Shown in pieces: positions 1 to 9,390 of a stretch of 64,000 bases of DNA. Where the stretch lies: NCBI GenBank assembly GCA_048939995.1, contig JBHLOY010000001.1, positions 302,349 to 366,348 of the forward strand, written 5' to 3'. Within the stretch, counting starts at the first letter, position 1, and every line of letters starts with the position of its first letter. This stretch comes from Promethearchaeota archaeon. GTDB taxonomy: Archaea; Asgardarchaeota; Lokiarchaeia; Sigyniarchaeales; SOKP01. The notes under the pieces are model-generated. The model was not told the DNA's origin, searched no databases, and was given only the letters and a program-made list of their open reading frames with translations. A program made the position numbers and the translations under genes.

Positions 1-84
1 ATAATTTTCATTGTAAGATAGAATGACTATATCCTCCAATATCTGAGCCCCATCATTTTTCTTTATAATCTTAAATTCACACAT
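1..84 (-). CDS. cooT: CooT-family nickel-binding protein (5' part only, runs off the window)
   Basis: Manual translation from ATG at 84: MCEFKIIKKNDGAQILEDIVILSYNENY. The N-terminal MC and ILEDIV pattern fit CooT. Divergent from cdhB/cdhC. Confidence 0.7.
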   Translation of the reverse strand, partial: MCEFKIIKKNDGAQILEDIVILSYNENY

Positions 85-238
85 ATTAGACTTATCTCAA
101 AATTTTTAATTATAATAGCCTTATATCTACTTTAATTAAATAAAACCAAATTTTTTAAAATACGCTTAATAAAATAAAATATAGCAATTATTTTAAAACA
201 TATACGTAAAAACTTTTACAGAGGAAATTGGTGGAATT

Positions 239-769
239 ATGGCAAGACCATACCAAAAAGCGAATATTCCTGGACCAGAAATGGGTACTACTGTTTTTGA
301 ACCGCAAGTCATGGCTAATTTACTGAAGAGTCCTAAGAAGAAAGTGTTTGTAATTGGTGCTGAATCACTAACATGGGAACTCAATGGCAAGAAAGTTGTC
401 GATTATTTTGTTGATATTGCGAAAAAGCTAGATGGGCATATCGTCGCTACTGGACACACATACAAATATCTAAAGCAAAAGATCGACACTACTAAACTTT
501 GGGAAATGTCATTAATCAATATCACCGCAAGATTAGTCGACAAAGATTGGAAAGGATTAGATGGAAACGGTCAATATAATATGGCGATTTTCGGAGGTCA
601 TCTCGTATTTTATGTCAGTCAAACCCTAAGTCGAATCAAGAATTTCTCAAATTGGGTAAAAACAATTGAATTAGATAAATATGCACACCCAAATGCGCGC
701 TTTAGCTTACCTAACTTTAGCGATAACGATTGGAAAGAGTTTTTAGAAAAATTAATTGAATTATTATAA
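239..769 (+). CDS. cdhB: Acetyl-CoA decarbonylase/synthase epsilon subunit
   Basis: 176 aa; PYQKANIPGP, WKGLDGNGQY, YVSQTLS and HPNARFS motifs; directly upstream of cdhC. Confidence 0.9.
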   Translation: MARPYQKANIPGPEMGTTVFEPQVMANLLKSPKKKVFVIGAESLTWELNGKKVVDYFVDIAKKLDGHIVATGHTYKYLKQKIDTTKLWEMSLINITARLVDKDWKGLDGNGQYNMAIFGGHLVFYVSQTLSRIKNFSNWVKTIELDKYAHPNARFSLPNFSDNDWKEFLEKLIELL

Positions 770-808
770 TAAGAAATATAAAAGGAACTTTATGAGGAGA
801 AGTATAAA

Positions 809-2218
809 ATGAGTTTTTCAGATATGCCTGTAGATGTTGGCCCCGTGTATGAGGGAGAACGTATCAGAGCAAACCAAATGTTTGTAGAACTCGGCGGACC
901 CAAGATCGAGAAGCATTTTGAATTGGTTAGAGTAAAAACAGCAAAAGAGATCAAGGATGGTCAAGTTACACTTCATGGTCCTGATCTTAAAGACATGAAA
1001 GAAGGTGAAAGATATCCTATTGGTATTTTGGTAGAAGTAGCTGGACCTGAATTAGAAGAAGATTTAGAAGCCGTATTTGAAAGAAGAATTCATGAATTTT
1101 GTAACTTCGTTAATGGTATTATGCATTTAAATCAACGTTATACTAACTGGATGCGAATTTCGAAATCTGCTTTTGAGAAAGGTTTTAATTCATTCGACTT
1201 ACTTGGAACTATCTTAATTAGATTATATAAAGCAGAATTACCAATTATCGAGCAAGCTCAAGTGACTTTCTTTACTGACGAAAAAGAAATTGAAAGACCT
1301 TATGATATGGCAATTGAGATTTATAATAAAAGAGACGAAAGAGCTCGAACTATCCATGATGAAGATGTCGATATGTTTTATGGTTGTGTGTTGTGCCAGT
1401 CTTTTGCGCCAACTCACGCATGTTGCATCACTCCTGATAGGACTTCATTATGTGGTTCAATAAATTGGTTTGACGCTCGTGCAGCTGCTAAAGTGGATCC
1501 TAAAGGTCCTATCTATGAGATCCCCCCCGGTGAATGCCTAAATGAGCTAGCAGGAGAGTTTTCTGGTGTAAATGAAATGATTAAGAAACGCTCCCTTGGT
1601 GAGATTGAAAGAATTTATCTTTATAGCGGAATGGAATTCCCTCATACTTCTTGCGGATGTTTTGAGGCGATAGATTTCTACATCCCTGAAGTGAATGGTC
1701 ATGGAATTGTTGATCGTAACTTTGATGGTGTCGCGATAAATGGTTTACCATTCTCAGCAATGGCTAACCAGACTGGTGGAGGAAAACAAATGCCTGGTTT
1801 CAATGGAGTAAGCATACAATATATTGCAAGCCCGAAATATCAAAAATATGATGGTGGAATAGAAACAATTGTTTGGATGCCAAAAGCAGTTAAGGATAGG
1901 CTTGGAGAGCTACTTCCACAGGACCTTTTACCCAAGATTGCTACAGAAGAGGATATCCAAGATATTAATGAGTTACGTGATTTTCTAAAAGAAAAGAATC
2001 ATCCTGTAGTTAAAACCTGGACTGAGCTTGAAGCAATGGAGGAAGAAGAAGAGGAGGAATGGGCAGAGGAAGGCGCAATGGTCCCAATGGGTACTGTTGG
2101 CATGACAATTCCAGGCGTTGGTGGGGCAGGTGGCTTTAAAATTATTTTAAAGAATTGTAAGATACATGCTGAATCAATAATCATTAAAAGAATAGAACCT
2201 TCAAAAAAGAAGAAATAA
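809..2218 (+). CDS. cdhC: Acetyl-CoA decarbonylase/synthase beta subunit (acetyl-CoA synthase)
   Basis: YEGERIR, CVLCQSFAPTH, SLCG and HTSCGCFE A-cluster motifs; acidic linker; C-terminal KIILKNCKIHAE; GAGGAG SD. Confidence 0.97.
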   Translation: MSFSDMPVDVGPVYEGERIRANQMFVELGGPKIEKHFELVRVKTAKEIKDGQVTLHGPDLKDMKEGERYPIGILVEVAGPELEEDLEAVFERRIHEFCNFVNGIMHLNQRYTNWMRISKSAFEKGFNSFDLLGTILIRLYKAELPIIEQAQVTFFTDEKEIERPYDMAIEIYNKRDERARTIHDEDVDMFYGCVLCQSFAPTHACCITPDRTSLCGSINWFDARAAAKVDPKGPIYEIPPGECLNELAGEFSGVNEMIKKRSLGEIERIYLYSGMEFPHTSCGCFEAIDFYIPEVNGHGIVDRNFDGVAINGLPFSAMANQTGGGKQMPGFNGVSIQYIASPKYQKYDGGIETIVWMPKAVKDRLGELLPQDLLPKIATEEDIQDINELRDFLKEKNHPVVKTWTELEAMEEEEEEEWAEEGAMVPMGTVGMTIPGVGGAGGFKIILKNCKIHAESIIIKRIEPSKKKK

Positions 2219-2390
2219 TTTTCTAATCTATTTTATTTTACTTTTATTTCTTTTTATATTATTTGAAGTAAGTATTTAGTTAATTTAGCTAATAAATTAT
2301 TAAATAAATTATTATTTATTAAGAGCTCCTATTTCTTATTTACTTAAATTGGAAATCAAAATTTAATTAGGAATAAGGAATTTAGAGGAG

Positions 2391-2924
2391 TTGAAAGATT
2401 TAATGGGCAAAGGTGGAATAGTTTTAGGAATGATTGCTCTATTATTAGGTGCTAGTGGTTTAGGTTTAGGGGTGATTACATATATAAACCAAGGTAATAT
2501 ACAAATAAATCAAGAAATCACACAAGTAATTCGACTGCCACCAGAATTCTGGTATGTTTATAAAGAAGATATTTTTACACCCACAAGTGGTGTATATATA
2601 AACGTTCCTGATTTATATGTAATTGTTTATTTGGATGTCGCTGCTACGGTCCATCTTTTATTTACTACAAGCACAAGAATACTTCCTGATCCATTCAGTT
2701 TTGCTGACATGCTTTTCTATTTCTGGATTGATGGGGTCCGATTAACTAATCCATTCACTCGTGCTGGTCCTTTTGAAGGAGATGCAACCTATCAATATTA
2801 TCCTGTCGCGCTACAACATTCTCAGGCTTTAACCGCTGGATTTCATAATATTAGCATAACAGTATTTTCTGAAACTGCGGGAAACTTAATGAGAAGCAGT
2901 GGTCTTGCAGTAACACGTTATTAA
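2391..2924 (+). CDS. Hypothetical protein, N-terminal membrane anchor plus predicted beta-rich domain
   Basis: Hydrophobic N-terminus (GIVLGMIALLLGASGLGLGVI). Start may instead be ATG at 2403. Confidence 0.7.
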   Translation: MKDLMGKGGIVLGMIALLLGASGLGLGVITYINQGNIQINQEITQVIRLPPEFWYVYKEDIFTPTSGVYINVPDLYVIVYLDVAATVHLLFTTSTRILPDPFSFADMLFYFWIDGVRLTNPFTRAGPFEGDATYQYYPVALQHSQALTAGFHNISITVFSETAGNLMRSSGLAVTRY

Positions 2925-2989
2925 ATATCGAAAAAATTAATTCTTTTTATTTTTTTATTCTATATATAGGAGTATTTCTTTAAACTCAA

Positions 2990-3283
2990 CTATCTTTCTG
3001 TATATCCGATAAAACCTCCTATTAGTACTAGTATTCCACCAATTAAACTTGTATATACAATCATAATTATTCCTAAAACTACAAACAGTATCCAATTTAA
3101 AGGGATAGGATTATTAGGACGAATAATACTAAGTAGTATAATTACAGCAATAACTATAGCAGCGATTAAGGTAACTACCTGTATAAGATCTAAATTTCTT
3201 TGATTGAATCCCAATATTGCTTCGATTAATGAGATTGCTCCACCTATACCTCCTAAAAGTTTCATTAAATCCTCGTTTCGCAT
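2990..3283 (-). CDS. Small membrane protein
   Basis: 97 aa with several hydrophobic segments. Confidence 0.75.
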   Translation of the reverse strand: MRNEDLMKLLGGIGGAISLIEAILGFNQRNLDLIQVVTLIAAIVIAVIILLSIIRPNNPIPLNWILFVVLGIIMIVYTSLIGGILVLIGGFIGYTER

Positions 3284-3529
3284 TGGTTAGAAGAAGCTAA
3301 ACTACATTTTAATTATATTTATTATAAAAATTCATTATAAAAAATCTAATGATTTTTTTCAAAATAATGATACATTTTAATTTTTAGGTGCATTGATTGA
3401 GGAGTATCCGTAATCTTTTATCTTTAAGGAAATTAACTAAAATAATTAAAAGTACGGAGGAAAAGTTTATAAATAATATAAAATAGTTATAAGCTTGCCA
3501 TTATGCTAATTTTTGGCAAGTGACTTAGA

Positions 3530-4018
3530 TTGAAGTATCAATCAGATGTTAATACTTGTTTTTATGGAAAGTGTTTAATCGCAACTGAGGATTTATCCCC
3601 AAATATTGTGGTTGAAAAACTCGAGGGCTATTATGTTCAAAAAGGAGAAATTCCACCAGACGAAATATGTCACGCAATTCTAGTCGATAAGGGAATGTGG
3701 ATGGTAATTCAAACAAATGCAAGATATATTAACCATTCATGTTCTCCAAATTGTTATATTAATGATAACTTAGAAATAATAACTAAGCTTACAATAAAAA
3801 AAGGAGAAGAGCTCACAATTTGCTATAATATTGTCCATAATGGTGAAAATCCAGGACAATGGGATGATAAATGGAGCTTCCTTTGTCTTTGTGGTTCAAA
3901 GAATTGTCAAGGGATTATTAATAAGTATATTACTGAAGATGGATTAATGTATATTGCGCCTGTGAATGAGGGTTTTAAAAATCAAATTGAAGTTCAAAAT
4001 ATATCTATCGAATACTAA
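3530..4018 (+). CDS. SET-domain protein-lysine methyltransferase with post-SET motif
   Basis: RYINHSCSPN, IKKGEELTICY and post-SET CLCGSKNCQG. Confidence 0.92.
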   Translation: MKYQSDVNTCFYGKCLIATEDLSPNIVVEKLEGYYVQKGEIPPDEICHAILVDKGMWMVIQTNARYINHSCSPNCYINDNLEIITKLTIKKGEELTICYNIVHNGENPGQWDDKWSFLCLCGSKNCQGIINKYITEDGLMYIAPVNEGFKNQIEVQNISIEY

Positions 4019-4158
4019 AAAACCACAATTTAGACTTCTAATTCTATATTTCTATTTTTATTTTAAATGAAATATTACTTTTTTCACAGCCTTTTTCATT
4101 TTTTAAATGATGTATAAGCTTTTTAACTTATTATTAAATTTTTGTATCTTGTTTTCTA

Positions 4159-5340
4159 ATGTTAAAAACAAACTTATTTTATACAAAGCTTGGAGGATTT
4201 GTTAAAAATCAAAATCCAGAACTAACTACATTTATCCATGCTAGTGATCTACATTTAGGAAGCCATCAATATAGGAATGACTTTCGTGCAGATGATTTTA
4301 TTAAAGCTTTCCAACAAATTTTAGAAATTTCTATATCAAGTCAATCTGATTTTATTATACTAGGTGGAGATGTATTTACTTCACTAGAAATGCTTCCAGG
4401 AAAACTAGTTAAGATTATTGATATATTAAAAGAGTTTAAAGTCTATACTAATGAATCTATCCCAATTATTGCAATAGAAGGAAATCATGATATTCGTCGG
4501 TTTTCAAGAGGAGTGAAATTCTCTCAACGCGGACAATCGTGGTTAAAACTTTTATCTAGTCTTGGTTTAGTAATACTCCTTGATGGAGATTTAGATGCCC
4601 CACCATCTTCAGTTTACTTACCATATGACTATTACTTTAAAAAAGGGGGAAAAATTAGAAGGAAAAATGTAATTATCTATGGGAATCATTATATTGGTGA
4701 GAACCCAGAAGACTATATTCAGAAAATAGGAGAGGCTATAGAGAAAGAAAAAGATTCATTTTGTGTTCTTCTACAACACTTTGGTATTGCTGGTCAGATG
4801 GAACATGTGCCTGGTATCAAATTGAATAAATTATACCCATTGAGAGAAAAAGTGGATTATTTAGCATTAGGTCATTATCATTTACAATTTATATTGGATA
4901 ATTGGATTTATAATCCCGGTTCTTCAGAAGCAGTCTGTTCAATTGATTCCAAATTTAAGCGTGGAATTTTTATTGTAAAAATAAAGGGGAATGAACATTT
5001 TATAAAAGAGGTTTATCCCATTAAACTCCTTAATAGGAACCATATCTGGAAAACAATCCATCTCCCTCATCCTTTTAAAAATAAGAGTGAATTGATAAAT
5101 TTTATCATAAATAAACTTAAGTCTGAGTTGAGTTATTTAGATAACAATCATAATAATCTTTCAAATCCTAAGGTACCTATACTATATCTTGTATTAAAGG
5201 GTAAAAAACCCTTATTACGCAGATTCAATGAAAAAGAACTTAAAACAGAATTATTAAAAATACTTCCAATTGTAGAGGCTAGGATTTATCAGAAGTATAG
5301 TGAATATACCAAAAGTCTAAATCAATATCTTTATCTCTAA
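4159..5340 (+). CDS. Mre11/SbcD-like metallophosphoesterase nuclease
   Basis: ASDLHLG, GGDVF, EGNHD, LGHYH and YNPGSSE motifs. No rad50/herA/nurA adjacent. Confidence 0.85.
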   Translation: MLKTNLFYTKLGGFVKNQNPELTTFIHASDLHLGSHQYRNDFRADDFIKAFQQILEISISSQSDFIILGGDVFTSLEMLPGKLVKIIDILKEFKVYTNESIPIIAIEGNHDIRRFSRGVKFSQRGQSWLKLLSSLGLVILLDGDLDAPPSSVYLPYDYYFKKGGKIRRKNVIIYGNHYIGENPEDYIQKIGEAIEKEKDSFCVLLQHFGIAGQMEHVPGIKLNKLYPLREKVDYLALGHYHLQFILDNWIYNPGSSEAVCSIDSKFKRGIFIVKIKGNEHFIKEVYPIKLLNRNHIWKTIHLPHPFKNKSELINFIINKLKSELSYLDNNHNNLSNPKVPILYLVLKGKKPLLRRFNEKELKTELLKILPIVEARIYQKYSEYTKSLNQYLYL

Positions 5341-5384
5341 TTTTAGTAATAGCTTTTTAAACTTAAACGATTAAAAATATAATT

Positions 5385-6983
5385 ATGAATTTAAAAATCT
5401 ATATAAAGAAAAACAAAATGTTTAGCATCCTAACCTTACTTTTTATTACTTGGGTCATATTTCTGATAATTTTAGCCATCAGAAATCAAAAAGTGGTTAT
5501 ATTCTGGGAAAATATATCCAATACGGATGTTTCTTCCGATTATATGATTATATTACCATTACTAAGATATATTTTAGAACCGATTGCACAATTGTCATTT
5601 ACTTTAGAAATGGAATTCACTTGGATGTTTCTCTTTTTCATATCCTATCCTATCCTTCGTATTCTTTATTTAGTATTAAGAAAGAAAGGGAGATTTCAAT
5701 CTCAAAAGTATAAATTATTAGCAATTCCACTAACAGATATTTTAACATTCTCTTTTAAAATTTTAACAACCGCAATATTCATAATTGGGGTAATAATGCT
5801 ATTTGGTTATTTAATTCAGGGATATTTTTTTGTTAGTAGATACTTTATGATACCAGTTCAAATTGGAGTGCATTTATGTATTATCCTTATTGTTATTAAG
5901 ACTTTTTATGTTTTACTTAAATTAATTCATCCTAAACTACAATTTCGTTACTCTAGAAAGAAGAGTGTTGGTAAAAAGAATATTAGATTAAGAAATGTTA
6001 AGAAAGAGGTTATATATTTAATTGGGATTGGCTCAATCCTTTTAGGGACCAATATTGTACTCATTTCATTCCCATTTCCCACTCAAATAATATCAACTCC
6101 ACTTGAAAATGATGAATTTCTCTTTGATTTTCATGTTCACACAATTTATTCTGATGGTTGGCTCACTCCTGAAGAGAGAGTGTTATGGTATATCCAGCAA
6201 GGAATTTCGGGAGCAGCGTTTTCAGATCATGATAATATCAGGGGCGCTTTAGCAGCTCAAAATTTTGTCGAAGAGAATGGACTTAACTTTTTAGTCTTAA
6301 TGGCCGAAGAATGGACCGATAATGGTAATGATATTCATATGAACTATTATGGTATAGCAGAAGAATTGATGCCTCTTCAATATTATACTCCCGGAGGACC
6401 TTTAGCACTAAACATTACAGACACAATAAATTATGTGAAAAGTCAAGGAGGATATATCGTAGTAAATCATTATAATTTTGACCCGAATCCCAATGGAGGG
6501 TACGGTGTTCCCTATAATTTGACTCAGTTACGCGATTGGGGTGTGGATGGCTTTGAAATTATTAATGGCGGTAGTTACGGGGGAAAGTATCAACAAGTAA
6601 GAGACTTTTGTATCCTAAATAATTTAACTTGTATTGGAGGTAGTGATATTCATACCAATGAACCATTAAATACATTTGTTAAGATTAAACTAGCTGATCC
6701 TTCAAATTTAACAATCGCAAATATTTTCGAAACTTTGAAAAACAATACGAATCATGAAGTTATCGCTATTGAGTTAAATCCAAAATTAGTTGATTTCTCT
6801 AATGACTTAAATGATTTTGGGTTCTATATATTTGAAGAGTTCATCAATTATTTTCTAAATATGAATACATATCAGAGTATTTCGTGGATATGTTGGTCTG
6901 GGAGTATATATCTAATAATATTCCTCCTTTATAGAAAAATTAAAAAAGTAGATTTAAGCCTATTACAACGGAAAATTAACTAA
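5385..6983 (+). CDS. Membrane-anchored PHP-domain phosphoesterase
   Basis: N-terminal TM segments; DFHVHTIYSDG, FSDHD, VNH and GGSDIH PHP motifs. Confidence 0.85.
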   Translation: MNLKIYIKKNKMFSILTLLFITWVIFLIILAIRNQKVVIFWENISNTDVSSDYMIILPLLRYILEPIAQLSFTLEMEFTWMFLFFISYPILRILYLVLRKKGRFQSQKYKLLAIPLTDILTFSFKILTTAIFIIGVIMLFGYLIQGYFFVSRYFMIPVQIGVHLCIILIVIKTFYVLLKLIHPKLQFRYSRKKSVGKKNIRLRNVKKEVIYLIGIGSILLGTNIVLISFPFPTQIISTPLENDEFLFDFHVHTIYSDGWLTPEERVLWYIQQGISGAAFSDHDNIRGALAAQNFVEENGLNFLVLMAEEWTDNGNDIHMNYYGIAEELMPLQYYTPGGPLALNITDTINYVKSQGGYIVVNHYNFDPNPNGGYGVPYNLTQLRDWGVDGFEIINGGSYGGKYQQVRDFCILNNLTCIGGSDIHTNEPLNTFVKIKLADPSNLTIANIFETLKNNTNHEVIAIELNPKLVDFSNDLNDFGFYIFEEFINYFLNMNTYQSISWICWSGSIYLIIFLLYRKIKKVDLSLLQRKIN

Positions 6984-7005
6984 AAACTATTTTACAACTT
7001 TTATT

Positions 7006-7461
7006 TTAAATGTAATAAAAAGATTTGTCATCATCGTATCTATCCTTTTCATCATCTTTATCTTCGTCATCATCATTCAGAAATTTTTTTGAAAGAAATT
7101 TCAAAATCTCTTCTGGATCCATATCGGGATCAAAATCTTTAAGATCATTTAGATTGATAGGGATAATCCCTCCATTCTTAAATGGAATAGCTTTCGCTTT
7201 AATTTCTCTTTCTATTTTTTCTTGTCTTCTAGCATTTAACGTTAATTCTTTTTTCATAAGCTCTCTTAATTGATCCGCGACTAGTTCATCCAATTCTTCT
7301 GGTGTTAAGTTCAGAAGCATTTCTACTCCATATAGTTTAGTAAGCTTTTTTAAAGCTTTTTCTTTCTTTGATTCTGGTATTTGTTTAATTGATTTTAAAC
7401 CTAGAATTGTTATAATATTTAACCAATCTAATTGATGAGTCCAAGTTTCTTCTTCTGACAT
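7006..7461 (-). CDS. Hypothetical protein with acidic tail ending in FYYI
   Basis: 151 aa, helical and charged, D/E-rich C-terminus. Confidence 0.8.
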   Translation of the reverse strand: MSEEETWTHQLDWLNIITILGLKSIKQIPESKKEKALKKLTKLYGVEMLLNLTPEELDELVADQLRELMKKELTLNARRQEKIEREIKAKAIPFKNGGIIPINLNDLKDFDPDMDPEEILKFLSKKFLNDDDEDKDDEKDRYDDDKSFYYI

Positions 7462-7626
7462 TTTTTCATAAAAAATTAGTTTTCAAATTTTAAAATTTTG
7501 GATACTTGTTAAATGTTTATCTTTTTGTTTATAAAGACAGTTTATTGATATAAATTTATGGTTTGTAATCTATTAAAGTTTTACATACTTTGATTTCAAT
7601 GTTTAAAAGAAAGATTTTAATAGATT

Positions 7627-8478
7627 TTAGTTTTTAAAAAACATTTTAAAATTTGAGATTATAATTTCTGGTTGATCATGAATAACCCAATGAGATGAAT
7701 TTTCTACTCGAATAATTTTTAAATCTTCTACATATTCCGATAATCCATCCAGATTTTGGGGTAAAACTGCAGTATCTTGCATTCCATGAATCACTAGTGT
7801 GGGGACTTTTATAATGCCTGTCCATTTATCGAAATTAAAATTTGCTCTATAATAATTTACACCACTTATTATTGCATTCGGTTGAGACCACGCTTCTATA
7901 TATTTTTCTTTGGTAAATTCATCAAAAGCACTTTTATTCTTTGCAGCTCTAAAAACTGCTGCTTTTAACGCCTTAAAATTATCGACAATTACAAATTTCT
8001 CTCCTTGGGGTTTTTGAAACTCAAAAATGTAAAAACTAGCTTTTTGCTGTTGCTTATCAGTTCTTAACTTATGTTGAAATATCTTAGGGTGAGGTCCATT
8101 CAAAATAGCTAACTTTTTAACCTTTTCAGGGTACTTTTCTGCGAAAACCCAAGCAACAACAGCTCCCCAATCATGAGCTCCTAAGTAAATTTGCTTCAAA
8201 TTAAGTTCATCAATTAAGCCTTTTAGATCTTCTATTAAAATCTCAATTAGATAATTTTCCTTTCCTTGAGGCTTATCTGATAAATTATAACCTCTCATAT
8301 CAGGGATTATTAATCTGTAGGATTTTTTAAGTTCCGGAATGATTGGAGCCCATCCAAACCAAAAATCAGGAAAACCGTGAAGTAAAACCAAAGGTTCACC
8401 AGACCCAATAATCACGGTATGCAACTTAACTCCATTGGTTGTGATGAATTTGGTTTCAATTTCATTTATCCAGTCCAT
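7627..8478 (-). CDS. Alpha/beta hydrolase, epoxide hydrolase-like
   Basis: LLHGFPD, DMRGYNLS, AHDWGA nucleophile motif and SHWV; GGTGA SD. Confidence 0.92.
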   Translation of the reverse strand: MDWINEIETKFITTNGVKLHTVIIGSGEPLVLLHGFPDFWFGWAPIIPELKKSYRLIIPDMRGYNLSDKPQGKENYLIEILIEDLKGLIDELNLKQIYLGAHDWGAVVAWVFAEKYPEKVKKLAILNGPHPKIFQHKLRTDKQQQKASFYIFEFQKPQGEKFVIVDNFKALKAAVFRAAKNKSAFDEFTKEKYIEAWSQPNAIISGVNYYRANFNFDKWTGIIKVPTLVIHGMQDTAVLPQNLDGLSEYVEDLKIIRVENSSHWVIHDQPEIIISNFKMFFKN

Positions 8479-8721
8479 TTTTTATCACCGATAGTTAATT
8501 TTATTGAATCTTCCTTTTATCTAAAAATTATCTGGCTATAATTCAAAAGTTATAGGAAAAAGGATAAATTTTCCTAAAATATAGACTTTCTAGGAAGAAA
8601 AACACATAGTATTAACCAAGGAATAATCTATTTGATGATAATAAATAATGATTTTGAATAATTTAGTTTAAATAGGGAAAAGAAACAGTAAAATAATTTC
8701 AACAAAAAAAATTATACATAC

Positions 8722-8931
8722 CTATTCAAAATAATTTCTGAATGATTCCTCAAAATCATCAACAGATTCACTATTCAGTTCAGCAAATTTATAACGACCA
8801 TGTGGTAGTTTTTCCTTTTTATTAAAGTGTTTCTTAAGAGAACTCTCAAAATCACTTGCACTCATACTTTTTTGTTCAGCAAATTTGATTTCACCAAAAT
8901 GTTTCAGATATTCAGGATCTGGTTCACTCAT
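8722..8931 (-). CDS. Small hypothetical protein with internal duplication
   Basis: 69 aa; KFAEQKSMSASDFESSLKKHF versus KFAELNSESVDDFEESFRNYF; GTGA SD. Confidence 0.7.
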   Translation of the reverse strand: MSEPDPEYLKHFGEIKFAEQKSMSASDFESSLKKHFNKKEKLPHGRYKFAELNSESVDDFEESFRNYFE

Positions 8932-9390
8932 TTTTTTATCACTATATAGTTTTGTTCAAATGTTTGTTTAATCAAATAAATGTTAACATAAATAAATCCA
9001 ATTCAACTATTTAAATATTTTCATACAAATAAACCTATGAAAAAATTTTATTCGGAAAAGATTCCCACTTGTCTTACATTGAACTTTTTAGGAATCTTGT
9101 TAGGTTTTTTAATTTTTGATAAAATCACTTTCCCTTCTCCAATGATAAGATCAATTTCGACAAAAATCTTTGGTTTATCATGATAAATTCATTTCGAATT
9201 TGGAAGATTTTACAGATTTTGATAGCAAAAAATTTTATACTTTAGCAAAATCTATTATCCATTTCTGTTAATTTATTGACAAAATTAATAATCGATAGGA
9301 TAGCCCAAAAATCATAAATATCAGAGAATAAATTTATTATAGAAAAATTTACAATTTTAAGTATTTTTATAAAAAAAATTTGCCAGGAAT

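Noticed and set aside
2030-2218. Glu-rich and Gly-rich tail of CdhC
   Set aside because: A normal feature of archaeal ACDS beta subunits.
9048-9188. 46-codon minus-strand open frame (IYHDKPKIFVEIDLIIGEGKVILSK...)
   Set aside because: No standard start or SD and no recognisable homology; possibly a gene remnant but not supportable.
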